Below are positions 1-8,436 of a DNA stretch of 32,000 nt, piece by piece. The position numbers and the translations under genes were made by a program. The DNA is taken from assembly GCA_965224465.1 (NCBI GenBank), contig OZ245049.1:4410001-4442000 (forward strand), read 5' to 3'. The stretch is from Flavobacteriaceae bacterium (GTDB lineage: Bacteria > Bacteroidota > Bacteroidia > Flavobacteriales > Flavobacteriaceae). The number at the start of each line of letters is the position of its first letter. Positions within the stretch are counted from its first letter, which is position 1. The notes beneath the pieces were generated by a model that saw only the letters and a program-made list of their open reading frames with translations, did not search any database and was not told where the DNA came from.

Positions 1-101
1 TATTTAGCCGCTCAAAAAGCAGCCTATAATGAACTCAAAAACTTATCAACACCCAAGGTAGCATAATCTCTTTTTTAGAGAAAATTATGCGTAACATGAG
101 T
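1..101 (+). mobile_element. Window-truncated 3-prime end of an IS4/IS701-like insertion sequence (copy 1)
   Basis: 1..101 is the perfect reverse complement of 25975..26075 of the complete copy. It holds the transposase C-terminus (..YLAAQKAAYNELKNLSTPKVA, stop at 64..66) and the terminal inverted repeat ending ..GCGTAACATGAGT at 101. Confidence 0.85.
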
Positions 102-108
102 AAGTAAT

Positions 109-148
109 AAAAAAAAGCTGAATGATGATTGATACCATCACTCAGCTT
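109..148 (-). terminator. Rho-independent terminator downstream of lipoprotein gene 195..599
   Basis: 13-bp stem (115..127 pairs with 136..148, one mismatch) and an 8-nt loop. On the minus strand it is followed by a T-run (A-run 109..116 on plus). Confidence 0.6.
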
Positions 149-194
149 TAAGTTATAAATATTCACATTGACTATATAATATATATTATAAAAT

Positions 195-599
195 TTAATA
201 ACTGTAAAGATTAGATTTAATATTATAAGTTGTTTTTTTCCCATATATATCCACCAATTCAACAGAACTATTTGTTATACCCACGGAATTAAAAGATATC
301 TTGATATAATTATCTACCTCATAATAATGTAACGTTTCAAAATCATCAAATGTATCATGAGAAATAGTAAATTTAGAAAAAGTTTCTGCATCTATACTCA
401 TTTTCTCAAATGATATTATAATGCTCCATTTATCATTGGTAATATTAAAATTTTCCAATAAAGGACTATCATCATGAGAAGAGATAATACTTTCAATAGA
501 TGATTCCATAATGTAATCTTTATCCTCCTTATTACAAGAAGTTAGAACAAGACCTGAAAAAATAACTAATCCCAAAAGTTTTAAAAATTGTGTTTTCAT
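195..599 (-). CDS. Hypothetical lipoprotein, 134 aa
   Basis: The ORF has an N-terminal signal peptide and lipobox (..GLVLTSCNKED). No recognisable domain. Confidence 0.6.
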   Translation of the reverse strand: MKTQFLKLLGLVIFSGLVLTSCNKEDKDYIMESSIESIISSHDDSPLLENFNITNDKWSIIISFEKMSIDAETFSKFTISHDTFDDFETLHYYEVDNYIKISFNSVGITNSSVELVDIYGKKTTYNIKSNLYSY

Positions 600-692
600 A
601 GTAAAATATTTTAAAGTTTTATAAATTAAGTAATTATATATGAGAATAGTATAAAATAAAATACAAACTCTGCTAAAATAGTATACGTTTAA

Positions 693-1930
693 CAGGGCAA
701 ACTCACACTTTAATGCTTAATACTTTTAACAGGTATGCTTGATTCCAGCCTGCTTTAAGTCTTTTTCCAGCAATACCTTGTTTCTCCGTTTTTTCGTTTC
801 TCAATAGATTCAGGGCAATTTTCAATAGTATTGAATAGTTTTGAGCTGCATTTTTATTTCTTTTTCTAGAGGCATCCTCTGAGAATGCAACATCCAATGT
901 CCAATGTAATTTATTCTCTACACCCCAATGAGAACGAATATGACTTTGATGATTTACAGCGGTATCTTTTAAGCTAGAAATGTAATATCTAGTTGCCTTT
1001 TCTGTTTGTTTATCACTGTTTTTGAACTCCCTTATACTTTCTATTTTTATAACTTGAGTCAACTTATTCCATTTATTATCTGCGTTCTTAATAAATTGAA
1101 AATCAGAAATTACGCTACATTTTCTAGTTTCAATTCTTCCATGACCAAGGTCAAAGTCTGTATCTATTTCTATGTTTTTTGAGAATTTGAATTCGTCCTT
1201 TATTTCCTCTAGTAGTTGTTTTTGATTTCCCTTTACGGCAAGTATGTAATTGGCATCATTTTTTATAATCTTATCCGCAATATCAGTTTGAGTTCCCATT
1301 GCGTCTATTGTAATTATATTGCCTTCTATACACAAAGTATCAAGTAATTCCGGGATCGCAGTTATCTCATTAGATTTTTCATTGACTCTAATTTGACCCA
1401 AAACTAAATTGTTTTGATCAGCCCATGCACTCACCATATGTACAGGTGATTTTTTTCCATTTGATTTTGCTCCTCTAAGCGCTTTTCCATCAATAGCTAT
1501 TACCTGCCCTTTTGATATAGTTGAAATAGTTGAAATAGAATTGACCCATTCTATGAAACATGTTTCAAGCTGAGAACTGTCTATCGACGAGAATACCCTG
1601 TTAATAGTGTCTTCTGATGGTATTCCATTTGGTAATTGTAGAAATTTCCTTAAAAAACCTTCTTTTGAACAAGCAAACTCAACCATTTGTTTCCATGTTT
1701 CTGCTCCACAAATGACTGAAATTATCCCAATAAGGAGGATGTCAACCAAGTTGTGCAACTTGTTTATATCGCTTCTAGGGTCTTCTATATTGCCAAAAAT
1801 ACTCATTATTTTACTGTCTGAATTCATATCGTTACCTATCTAATTATAAGTATAATATACTGATAATTAATTAGATAAGCAACTTAAATTCAATGAGATT
1901 AACTTAAAAATAGTATGAGTTTGCCCTGAT
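693..1930 (-). mobile_element. Complete ISAs1-family insertion sequence (~1238 bp)
   Basis: 13-bp perfect terminal inverted repeat CAGGGCAAACTCA (693..705, and its reverse complement at 1916..1928). 8-bp direct repeat ACGTTTAA at 685..692 and 1931..1938, taken as the target-site duplication. One transposase ORF fills the element. Confidence 0.8.
703..1827 (-). CDS. ISAs1-family (H-repeat-associated type) DDE transposase, 374 aa
   Basis: The N-terminus IEDPRSDINKLHNLVDILLIGIISVICGAETWKQMVEF and the C-terminus HWGVENKLHWTLDVAFSEDASR are hallmarks of ISAs1/YhhI-type transposases. Confidence 0.9.
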   Translation of the reverse strand: MNSDSKIMSIFGNIEDPRSDINKLHNLVDILLIGIISVICGAETWKQMVEFACSKEGFLRKFLQLPNGIPSEDTINRVFSSIDSSQLETCFIEWVNSISTISTISKGQVIAIDGKALRGAKSNGKKSPVHMVSAWADQNNLVLGQIRVNEKSNEITAIPELLDTLCIEGNIITIDAMGTQTDIADKIIKNDANYILAVKGNQKQLLEEIKDEFKFSKNIEIDTDFDLGHGRIETRKCSVISDFQFIKNADNKWNKLTQVIKIESIREFKNSDKQTEKATRYYISSLKDTAVNHQSHIRSHWGVENKLHWTLDVAFSEDASRKRNKNAAQNYSILLKIALNLLRNEKTEKQGIAGKRLKAGWNQAYLLKVLSIKV

Positions 1931-1968
1931 ACGTTTAATCTCAATAGTGTAATTACGAACAACAAATA

Positions 1969-2014
1969 TACAGTAATAACTGTACCTAAACAAAAAAAAA
2001 CAGTAATAACTGTA
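1969..2014 (+). promoter_or_regulatory. Two copies of a palindromic box ACAGTAATAACTGTA, candidate operators, next to a TAnnTTTG-type box
   Basis: TACAGTAATAACTGTA at 1969..1984 and ACAGTAATAACTGTA at 2000..2014, with starts 30 bp apart. The arms ACAGT/ACTGT are inverted. TATATTTG at 2022..2029 matches the Bacteroidota -7 consensus TAnnTTTG, just upstream of the ATG at 2033. Confidence 0.45.
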
Positions 2015-2026
2015 TTTTTTATATAT

Positions 2027-2275
2027 TTGTTTATGGTTAGAAAACAAATAAAAAAGATTGCAAAGCGTAAAGGGCTTTCTATAAACCAAATTATTGATAA
2101 AATTGGTTTCACTAAATCAGCTTATTACCAACTAAATAACCCATCGTTAAATAGGTTACTAACTATAGCACAGTCTTTACAATGTGATGTACATGAACTC
2201 TTACCAATATCAGAAGAATTTGAACATATTTACACGGGCAGCCAATGGATAGGAATAAAAATGAAAGAAAGATAA
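2027..2275 (+). CDS. XRE/Cro-C1-type helix-turn-helix transcriptional regulator (~80 aa; the ATG at 2033 is a more likely start than the TTG at 2027)
   Basis: IAKRKGLSINQIIDKIGFTKSAYYQLNNPSLNRLLTIAQSLQCDVHELL fits the HTH_XRE pattern. Confidence 0.75.
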   Translation: MFMVRKQIKKIAKRKGLSINQIIDKIGFTKSAYYQLNNPSLNRLLTIAQSLQCDVHELLPISEEFEHIYTGSQWIGIKMKER

Positions 2276-2492
2276 AAATTTAGTTAGAAGTAAAAATTAT
2301 AAAAACATTTCAGCCATACTTAACGGTTCAGGTATAAACGACTATGATAAGCTTCAGTATATACCATGCATAAATCCTTTAAACCCAAAGAACCTTATTT
2401 ATGAAGATTGTTTTTTACAATAAGTTTACATTTTGAATGTTCTTTTTGCCACCGCCAATGTTCCTTGTATTGAACTGATCGGTTATTTAGAC

Positions 2493-2686
2493 TTACTTTT
2501 TAATTAATGATGGATAAAGATGATATTTAACTTCATCATATTCTTTTTTAAACATATCCCAATTTTGACTTAAACTTAAATTTTTTTCTTTTGCCCAAAA
2601 AGTTGGTGCTATACCATAATCCTCTTCCCTAAATACAATTGTAAAGAAACCAACACTATATTTAATTTCTGGAAGTAATGGAGTTT
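2493..2686 (-). pseudogene. 3-prime fragment (~63 codons plus stop) of the HEPN-domain gene split by IS30 copy A
   Basis: After removing IS30 copy A and one copy of its TTT duplication, frame 3807..4235 continues without a stop: ..CLLKE-TPLLPEIKYSVGFFTIVFREEDYGIAPTFWAKEKNLSLSQNWDMFKKEYDEVKYHLYPSLIKK, ending at TAA 2493..2495. Confidence 0.7.
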
Positions 2687-3811
2687 GCTGAATTCAAGTC
2701 ACAAACGCAACTTTTAGTTAAATAATAATTGTTCCATTACAAATATAGGGTTTTCGTATTTATGTCTCTTCCTAGGTCTGTTATTTAATTTTGTTTCTAC
2801 CTCTTTGATTCTTTGATCTGTTAGGTTTGTAAAGTCACTTCCTTTGGCAAAATATTGTCTAATCAAACCATTTAAATTTTCGTTAGATCCTCTTTCCCAA
2901 GAGTGATATGGATGCGCAAAAAAGTAATCAATACATAAATTTTCTGCAACCTGCTCATGGCCTGCAAATTCTTTTCCATTATCAGCTGTTATAGTATGTA
3001 GATAAGGCTTCCAGTCTTCTAATATTTCATTGATAGCTTTGGTGACAACAACTGCTTCTTTAGAGCTTACTTTTTTCATTTTAAGCATTCCAGAAGCTCT
3101 ATCATTTACGGTAAGTATGGCTTGATTATGGTTTTTACCTATGATTAAATCGACCTCTAAATCTCCAAATCGATTTCTTTGTTCAACAACTTCAGGTCGT
3201 TGTTCTATACTAATGCGATTCTTTATAACCCCTCTAGAATCCTTTGATGAGCCACGTTTTCTATATCTCCTTCCCTGTCTGCGAAGGTGTGTATGTAAAT
3301 CACCATCATTCCTCTTGTCTTCCCTAATATGCTGATATATACGCTCAATAGACACCGTTTCTTTACCTTGTTTTTTTAGGATACCAACTACTTGCTCAGG
3401 ACTATAATCGTCTCGCAATAACAATTCTATTGCTTGTTGAATATCTTCTGTAAAGCGTTTTCTTTTAGGCTTTTCTTTATGACGTTTAGCATACTTTTTT
3501 TGGGCTAATTCATGCTTGTAAACTCCATTTCTTTTGTCTGAATTACGCTTAATCTCTTTGCTAATAACAGACTTGTCTTTTCCTATAGCAGCTGCTATCT
3601 CAACCTGTTTATAACCTTGTTTTAACATGCAGCAAATTGTGTATCTTTGTGCTTGGGTGATGTGTTTCATACAACTTCTTTTTTCGAGATTTGAGACCGT
3701 AAGATACATATCCATCAAGACAAGAAAGGTAGGTTTTCCTACTTTTCTGTTTTGAAAATATAACCATCATAGAATCAAATCGAAAAGTTGCGTTTATTAG
3801 TTGAATTTAAG
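2687..3811 (-). mobile_element. IS30-family insertion sequence, copy A (1125 bp)
   Basis: Near-identical to copy B at 8792..9916. Imperfect ~28-bp terminal inverted repeats (GCTGAATTCAAGTCACAAACGCAACTTTT versus the reverse complement of AAAAGTTGCGTTTATTAGTTGAATTTAAG). 3-bp target duplication TTT at 2684..2686 and 3812..3814. Confidence 0.9.
2714..3718 (-). CDS. IS30-family transposase, 334 aa
   Basis: N-terminal HTH (ITQAQRYTICCMLKQGYKQVEIAAAIGKDKSVISKEIKRN) and a DDE core (..DLIIG.., ..TADNGKEF.., ..SWERGSNENLNGLIRQY) typical of IS30. Confidence 0.9.
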   Translation of the reverse strand: MMDMYLTVSNLEKRSCMKHITQAQRYTICCMLKQGYKQVEIAAAIGKDKSVISKEIKRNSDKRNGVYKHELAQKKYAKRHKEKPKRKRFTEDIQQAIELLLRDDYSPEQVVGILKKQGKETVSIERIYQHIREDKRNDGDLHTHLRRQGRRYRKRGSSKDSRGVIKNRISIEQRPEVVEQRNRFGDLEVDLIIGKNHNQAILTVNDRASGMLKMKKVSSKEAVVVTKAINEILEDWKPYLHTITADNGKEFAGHEQVAENLCIDYFFAHPYHSWERGSNENLNGLIRQYFAKGSDFTNLTDQRIKEVETKLNNRPRKRHKYENPIFVMEQLLFN

Positions 3812-4235
3812 TTTCTTTTAATAAACACATAAAGTATTCATCTATTTTATTTATTTCAGAACCTCCCCAGCAACCTAAACTTCCGCCTTTTCCTGTTTTA
3901 GGGTAGTTATCAGGATATCTAAACATACTATATGAAATGTTCAATTTATTATTTATTTCCCGGAAAGATTTTAGATTGATGTCTTTACTTACCTCATAAA
4001 AAAGTCTATCAAGGTCATGAGTCCTACTTACTTTTCCATTTTTTAATAATAATATACTTTTCAACATTTTTTCAATTGCTTGTGCTGCCAAAATATATGA
4101 TTGCTCGGTCATATCATTAAAAAAACATAATCTTGAAGCTATATAATCATGACACGCAATGTCATATTGGCCAACTATGTCTGTTTTTTCCCTAGCATAT
4201 TTTTGTAATTCCTTACCATTCATTGTTAATACCAT
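3807..4235 (-). pseudogene. 5-prime part of a HEPN-domain protein gene. The frame runs into IS30 copy A, which supplies the stop.
   Basis: AIEKMLKSILLLKNGKVSRTHDLDRLF matches the classical HEPN helix and the (R)xxHDLxxL motif. The annotated stop at 3807..3809 lies inside the IS30 terminal repeat. Confidence 0.65.
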
Positions 4236-4298
4236 AGAGTTTTTATTTGTAATTGAAACGTATCCGTCCGACGAAGTACGTATAGGAATTAAAAATAC

Positions 4299-4330
4299 AT
4301 AAAAAAACCTCGATTTATTGATCGAGGTTT
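4299..4330 (-). terminator. Hairpin plus T-run at the end of IS66 tnpC
   Basis: AAACCTCGA (4305..4313) pairs with TCGAGGTTT (4322..4330) around an 8-nt loop. On the minus strand a T-run follows. The hairpin overlaps the tnpC stop. Confidence 0.4.
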
Positions 4331-6000
4331 AAATTTTGTGGAAATAGCTCACTTAATTTTTGAGCATTGTAATCAGGGATTATATCCAGTATTTTTTTCA
4401 TCCATTTATAGGGGTTTACTTGGTGTTTTTTACAAGTCCCAAAAAAGGAATAGAACATCGCTGCATTTTTTGCAGCATCATGGCTACCTGCAAATAAATA
4501 ATTTTTACGTCCAATAGCTAATGTTCTGATAGATCCTTCTACTAGGTTATTATCTAGTTCTAAAGTACCGTCATACAGGTAGGCTTTTAAGTAGTCCCAT
4601 CGTTTTAATGTATAAGTAATTGCTTTTCCTAGTGGACTTTTCGGTAAGCTTCCTTGGGTGTTATGGATCAACCATTTTATAAATGTATCCATTATTGGTT
4701 GTGCTTTATCTAGGCGATAAGCATGCCGTTGCTCAGGAGTAAATTCCTGTTTTTTACAATGTCGCTCAATGGCATATAATTGTTGAATGAGTACCATCGC
4801 ATGACTCGCTTTTACTTTGTCATAGTCTAGTGCTTTCTCAAAATAACGACGTGCATGTGCCATACACCCTACTAAAGTGACATCTTTTTTATGTGCAAAT
4901 TCATCATATACAGCGTAGCCATCTGTTTGTAAATACCCTTTAAAGTTTTTAAGCATTTCTCTAGGTCCATGTTTAGATCTAGAGGGACGATAATCAAACA
5001 ATACCATTTTTTGTATGGGTGAATAGTACACCCAATGATATCCAGTATGAGTTTTTCCTTTTTTCTGTTTGTCTAGCACTGGAATAGTTGATTCATCGGC
5101 CTGTACATATCCTTGTGACAGCACCGTGTTTTTCATAGCCTGATACAGCGGCTTAAGTAAGTGTCCTAAGCTGTTTTGCCATCCATTTATTGTAGATGAA
5201 CTTATAGAGATTCCTTCTCGTTTAAAACGTTCTATCTGTCGATAATACGGTAAGTGATCTAAGAATTTATCAATCAATAGCTGTGCTAGCAGGCTGTTTG
5301 ATGCTACAGATTTTTCAATAGCAAAACTTGGTAAATCAGCCATAATAACGGTCTTAATACCTAAAGGGTTTCCATTGTCAATCAATGTGTCTTGTACTTT
5401 CTTTTTTAAGGCGTATTTTGGTCTGACATATCGTTTTATGTATAGCTTTGTGGGTACAAGTTCTAATTTATCTGTAATTTCTTCACCTATTTTTATTCGG
5501 TTCTCTATAGTCTCTTTAGGCTCTAAATTAATAATTTCAACAGGTAAATGACTGGGGAGATTTAAACTTCCAATCGTTCTTTTTTTAGCCTTTTTACGTT
5601 GATATGTAATGTTTACAGGAGCTTCTTCTTCCTGGGGCATCTCTTTTAAAACTTCGAAAGGGAGTTGCATTTGAAAAGGGTTATTAGCCATTATAAAACG
5701 CTCACGTTTTGTCCCAAAAATCATACGACGTAATTGCTCTAATTGAAATTGTCCATATCCGTATTTTGTCTCTAATTCTTTATATTGAGCTTCTAGGATA
5801 GCCTTTTGTAAAGTAACGTCTTTTGTCTTTATAGTAAGTAACTCATTCTTTGCGCTAAGAGAACTTGTCTTTGTATTAAGTAACTCATTCTTTGAGCTAA
5901 GAGAATTTGTCTTTTTGATAAGTAAATCTGACTTAGAATTAGCCTCCTGTAATAGGGCTATAAGTGCTTTTTTTGATAGCTGTTCTAAGTCTTTTTCCAT
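4315..6000 (-). CDS. tnpC: IS66-family transposase (TnpC), 561 aa
   Basis: N-terminal coiled-coil/leucine zipper, then the DDE region with LDHLPYYRQ, VQADESTIPVL and CMAHARRYF motifs typical of IS66 TnpC. Confidence 0.9.
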   Translation of the reverse strand: MEKDLEQLSKKALIALLQEANSKSDLLIKKTNSLSSKNELLNTKTSSLSAKNELLTIKTKDVTLQKAILEAQYKELETKYGYGQFQLEQLRRMIFGTKRERFIMANNPFQMQLPFEVLKEMPQEEEAPVNITYQRKKAKKRTIGSLNLPSHLPVEIINLEPKETIENRIKIGEEITDKLELVPTKLYIKRYVRPKYALKKKVQDTLIDNGNPLGIKTVIMADLPSFAIEKSVASNSLLAQLLIDKFLDHLPYYRQIERFKREGISISSSTINGWQNSLGHLLKPLYQAMKNTVLSQGYVQADESTIPVLDKQKKGKTHTGYHWVYYSPIQKMVLFDYRPSRSKHGPREMLKNFKGYLQTDGYAVYDEFAHKKDVTLVGCMAHARRYFEKALDYDKVKASHAMVLIQQLYAIERHCKKQEFTPEQRHAYRLDKAQPIMDTFIKWLIHNTQGSLPKSPLGKAITYTLKRWDYLKAYLYDGTLELDNNLVEGSIRTLAIGRKNYLFAGSHDAAKNAAMFYSFFGTCKKHQVNPYKWMKKILDIIPDYNAQKLSELFPQNLNLDQ

Positions 6001-6068
6001 ACATTAAATATACGAAAAATATACATGAACAGCCTGGTTTTATTAGGTTTTTTACCTGTAAAAAGACA

Positions 6069-6410
6069 TTAATAACGTTTCCTTTGTTGGATGTTTTTTA
6101 TAGACAGTCCATCAAGAAGCATCACCATTTGGCTGTATTTCATTTGTATACTTCCTTTCAGATTATCATACACCGGAAGTTCAAAAGTACCTCGTTCCAA
6201 TCGTTTATAATACAGTACAAATCCACCTGCTTGCCAATGCAATAGTTTTATTTTGTTTCGAGGTTTATTTATGAAGATAAAAACAGCTCCATTACTAGGA
6301 TCCTCTTCTAAATTATTACGGATAACACCTGACAAACCATTAAATCCTTTACGCATATCTGTGGGTTCTAGGTACAGATGAAAATCAAGTTCACTTGAAA
6401 GATTTAGCAT
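6069..6410 (-). CDS. tnpB: IS66 Orf2 accessory protein (TnpB), 113 aa
   Basis: LYLEPTDMRKGFNGLSGVI...IFINKPRNKIKLLHWQAGGFVLYYKRLERGTF is the conserved IS66 Orf2 signature. Confidence 0.9.
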   Translation of the reverse strand: MLNLSSELDFHLYLEPTDMRKGFNGLSGVIRNNLEEDPSNGAVFIFINKPRNKIKLLHWQAGGFVLYYKRLERGTFELPVYDNLKGSIQMKYSQMVMLLDGLSIKNIQQRKRY

Positions 6411-6411
6411 A

Positions 6412-6720
6412 TTACAAATGAATTAAATTTTGTAAATCGATAAGTGTAATCTCTTTGTTAATGACCAAATTTACACCTGTTGGATACTCGATTTTAAAAC
6501 TATCTAAAATAGAATTTCTGCTGTTTTCAATAGGAGCATCAATAAGTTCAACCTTTGAAAATCCACTGGCATTTTTGGAGGTCAATTTCTTATTCCAGTA
6601 CCTAAATTTACAAAGTGTAATTTTATGACTTTTACAATAATCTTCCAAGGTTAAATCACTCAACTTCCAATCGGAAACAACAGCTGTCATATAGGCTCGT
6701 TTTTCTTCGTTTTTTCTCAT
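6412..6720 (-). CDS. tnpA: IS66 Orf1 (TnpA-like) protein, 102 aa
   Basis: Its position and size match the first ORF of the IS66 tnpA-tnpB-tnpC operon. It is separated by 1 nt from Orf2. Confidence 0.7.
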   Translation of the reverse strand: MRKNEEKRAYMTAVVSDWKLSDLTLEDYCKSHKITLCKFRYWNKKLTSKNASGFSKVELIDAPIENSRNSILDSFKIEYPTGVNLVINKEITLIDLQNLIHL

Positions 6721-6815
6721 GCGTCAAAAATAGAAGCTATTTTTCCACTAAAAAATATGGGGATGGTCGGACGGATACATTGAAACAGGGAGAACTGAAC
6801 AGTTGTTTATACTTT

Positions 6816-6966
6816 TGTCAGCGTTCATTTAAAATAGAGAACAGATTTCATTTAAATTCTATAAAACTGATAACAATTAACTTACGGATAGCCTTTATTA
6901 CACCATAACTGTCAGTGTTCATTTAAAATAGAGAATAGATCTCATTTAAATTCTATAAAACTAATA
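6816..6966. repeat. Two 57-bp direct repeats (6816..6872 and 6910..6966), 94 bp apart start to start
   Basis: TGTCAGYGTTCATTTAAAATAGAGAAYAGATYTCATTTAAATTCTATAAAACTRATA occurs twice with 4 mismatches. Each copy contains an internal TCATTTAAA duplication. Confidence 0.7.
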
Positions 6967-7007
6967 GCTATGATCTTATTTGGACCAGGTGTAATTCATA
7001 TGGTTAA

Positions 7008-7053
7008 GTGGTATACTTTTCGGTTAATAGGTGGTATGGTTTTCGGTTAACAT
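7008..7053. repeat. Tandem 23-bp repeat, two units
   Basis: GTGGTATACTTTTCGGTTAATAG (7008..7030) is directly followed by GTGGTATGGTTTTCGGTTAACAT (7031..7053). Confidence 0.6.
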
Positions 7054-7058
7054 ATACA

Positions 7059-7237
7059 GGACTTATAAAAACACCAAGTAAACCCCTATAAATGGCTGAA
7101 AAAAGTACTGGATATAATCCCTGATTACAATGCTCTAAAATTAAATGAGCTATTTCCACAAAATTTAAACCTCGATCAATAAATCGAGGTTTTTTTATGT
7201 ATTTTTAATTCCTATACGTACTTCGTCGGACGGATAC
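7059..7237 (+). mobile_element. Remnant (~179 bp) of a second, diverged IS66 copy in opposite orientation
   Basis: It matches the reverse complement of ~4260..4438 (last ~35 codons of tnpC, the hairpin, and the terminal repeat ..GTCGGACGGATAC ending at 7237) with several substitutions. There is no similarity upstream of ~7059. Confidence 0.85.
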
Positions 7238-7359
7238 AAAAATATTAGGGAAACTAGCGGGCAAGCATATAACAATATCCAAACTGATTATGACAAAATT
7301 TTTATAACAACGCTAAATGCTAGTTGAGCCAATTCAATCAATAATACAAAAATAAGTTT

Positions 7360-8436
7360 TTAAAATGAATATTTAGTTTCCAAATAGTCATCTAACACAA
7401 AATCTTTAATATTTATTTTATCTATTGTTTCTTTGTTTACTATTAATGTATGAACAGGAGAACTTCCAATAATTTCTTTAGTGAAAATAATTTTATTTAA
7501 ATATAAATGTTCATCAAAATAGTATACTCTTTTTATTATTTGTTTATCAGGAGATAAATATACACTGCTAAATTGTAGTTTACTATTACTATAGGATATA
7601 TCTAAATAATTATCTGCATTACCATAGCAACAGGCAGATGGAAGAACGGTCGTATTGTATGAATAAAGTTTAAACTTGTTATTTTCTGTACCTTCAAGAA
7701 TCAGAATTGGTTTTACGCCAATTTTATTATTAGAACAATCAAAATTTTCTTTATAATCGAATGTTATTATTTTATCTTGGAACTTATCATTATTAAAATT
7801 TAATGTGATTTCATTAGATTTCACCATCTTTGAAAGCTTATACTCTTTAATAAAACTGTTTATTGATTTTGCATTTGTCTCTTCTTTTATTGGAAAACGT
7901 TTTTCTATTAATTCTTTTTTGACAACTATTCTTCCGTTTTTATCATTTATTTTATATTTTTTCCATTTACTAATATATGTCCCTTCTTCATCTTTAAAGA
8001 AATCTAAAATCCATAAATCCAAATTTTGATTTAGATAGAAGTATTTATATATAGCAGAATAATCATTAAAAGATTCTTTAAAAACTAATATTGAGTCTAT
8101 TACTTTATTTTCTTTTTTTGAAAATAGAAAAATTTCTTTATTTAATGTTTTATAATGTGGAGATGTTTCTTTTTTTAAATTAGAGTGTCTTAATAAAAAA
8201 TATAATTTAATGTTGTTTTTTAATATTATTTTTTCTTTTGATATTTTTTTATAAGAATACTTTAAGTTAAATAATGAACTACATTTATTATTAACTCCTT
8301 TACAAGTTTTATCTATATTATCTATAAATTTTTTTTGACTTATTTCTATATTACCTATTTCTTGTATTGGTTTGATTTTCTTACATGAAATTAAAAGTAT
8401 TATTATTATTATTATTATGGGTAAATGTTTTTTCAT
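7360..8436 (-). CDS. Very AT-rich lipoprotein, 358 aa; candidate cognate immunity protein of the upstream effector
   Basis: Signal peptide and lipobox (IIIIIIILLISCKK). Its ATG (8434..8436) overlaps the TGA (8433..8435) of the effector reading frame in an ATGA arrangement. No recognisable domain. Confidence 0.7.
   Translation of the reverse strand: MKKHLPIIIIIIILLISCKKIKPIQEIGNIEISQKKFIDNIDKTCKGVNNKCSSLFNLKYSYKKISKEKIILKNNIKLYFLLRHSNLKKETSPHYKTLNKEIFLFSKKENKVIDSILVFKESFNDYSAIYKYFYLNQNLDLWILDFFKDEEGTYISKWKKYKINDKNGRIVVKKELIEKRFPIKEETNAKSINSFIKEYKLSKMVKSNEITLNFNNDKFQDKIITFDYKENFDCSNNKIGVKPILILEGTENNKFKLYSYNTTVLPSACCYGNADNYLDISYSNSKLQFSSVYLSPDKQIIKRVYYFDEHLYLNKIIFTKEIIGSSPVHTLIVNKETIDKINIKDFVLDDYLETKYSF

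Larger units (their letters stand above)
4260..6778 (-). mobile_element. Complete IS66-family insertion sequence (2519 bp)
   Basis: Terminal inverted repeat GTATCCGTCCGAC (4260..4272, reverse complement at 6766..6778). Perfect 8-bp target duplication ATTGAAAC at 4252..4259 and 6779..6786. The canonical three-ORF organisation is present. Confidence 0.9.

Noticed and set aside
35-262. 75-aa minus-strand ORF overlapping the IS end, the terminator and the lipoprotein gene 3-prime end
   Set aside because: It spans an IS terminal repeat and an intergenic terminator and overlaps a better-supported gene. The product is AT-driven and low-complexity.
1607-2112. ORFs 1607..1843 (+), 1867..2112 (-) and 1904..2089 (-)
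   Set aside because: The first is antisense within the ISAs1 transposase gene. The other two cross the IS end and the operator/promoter region of the XRE gene, and their sequences are low-complexity.
6816-6966. Possible mini-CRISPR array (two repeats with a spacer)
   Set aside because: There are only two copies. The repeats are 57 bp with a 37-bp spacer, which does not fit known repeat and spacer sizes. The copies differ at 4 positions, no cas genes are nearby, and the repeats contain internal duplications instead of a CRISPR-like palindrome.
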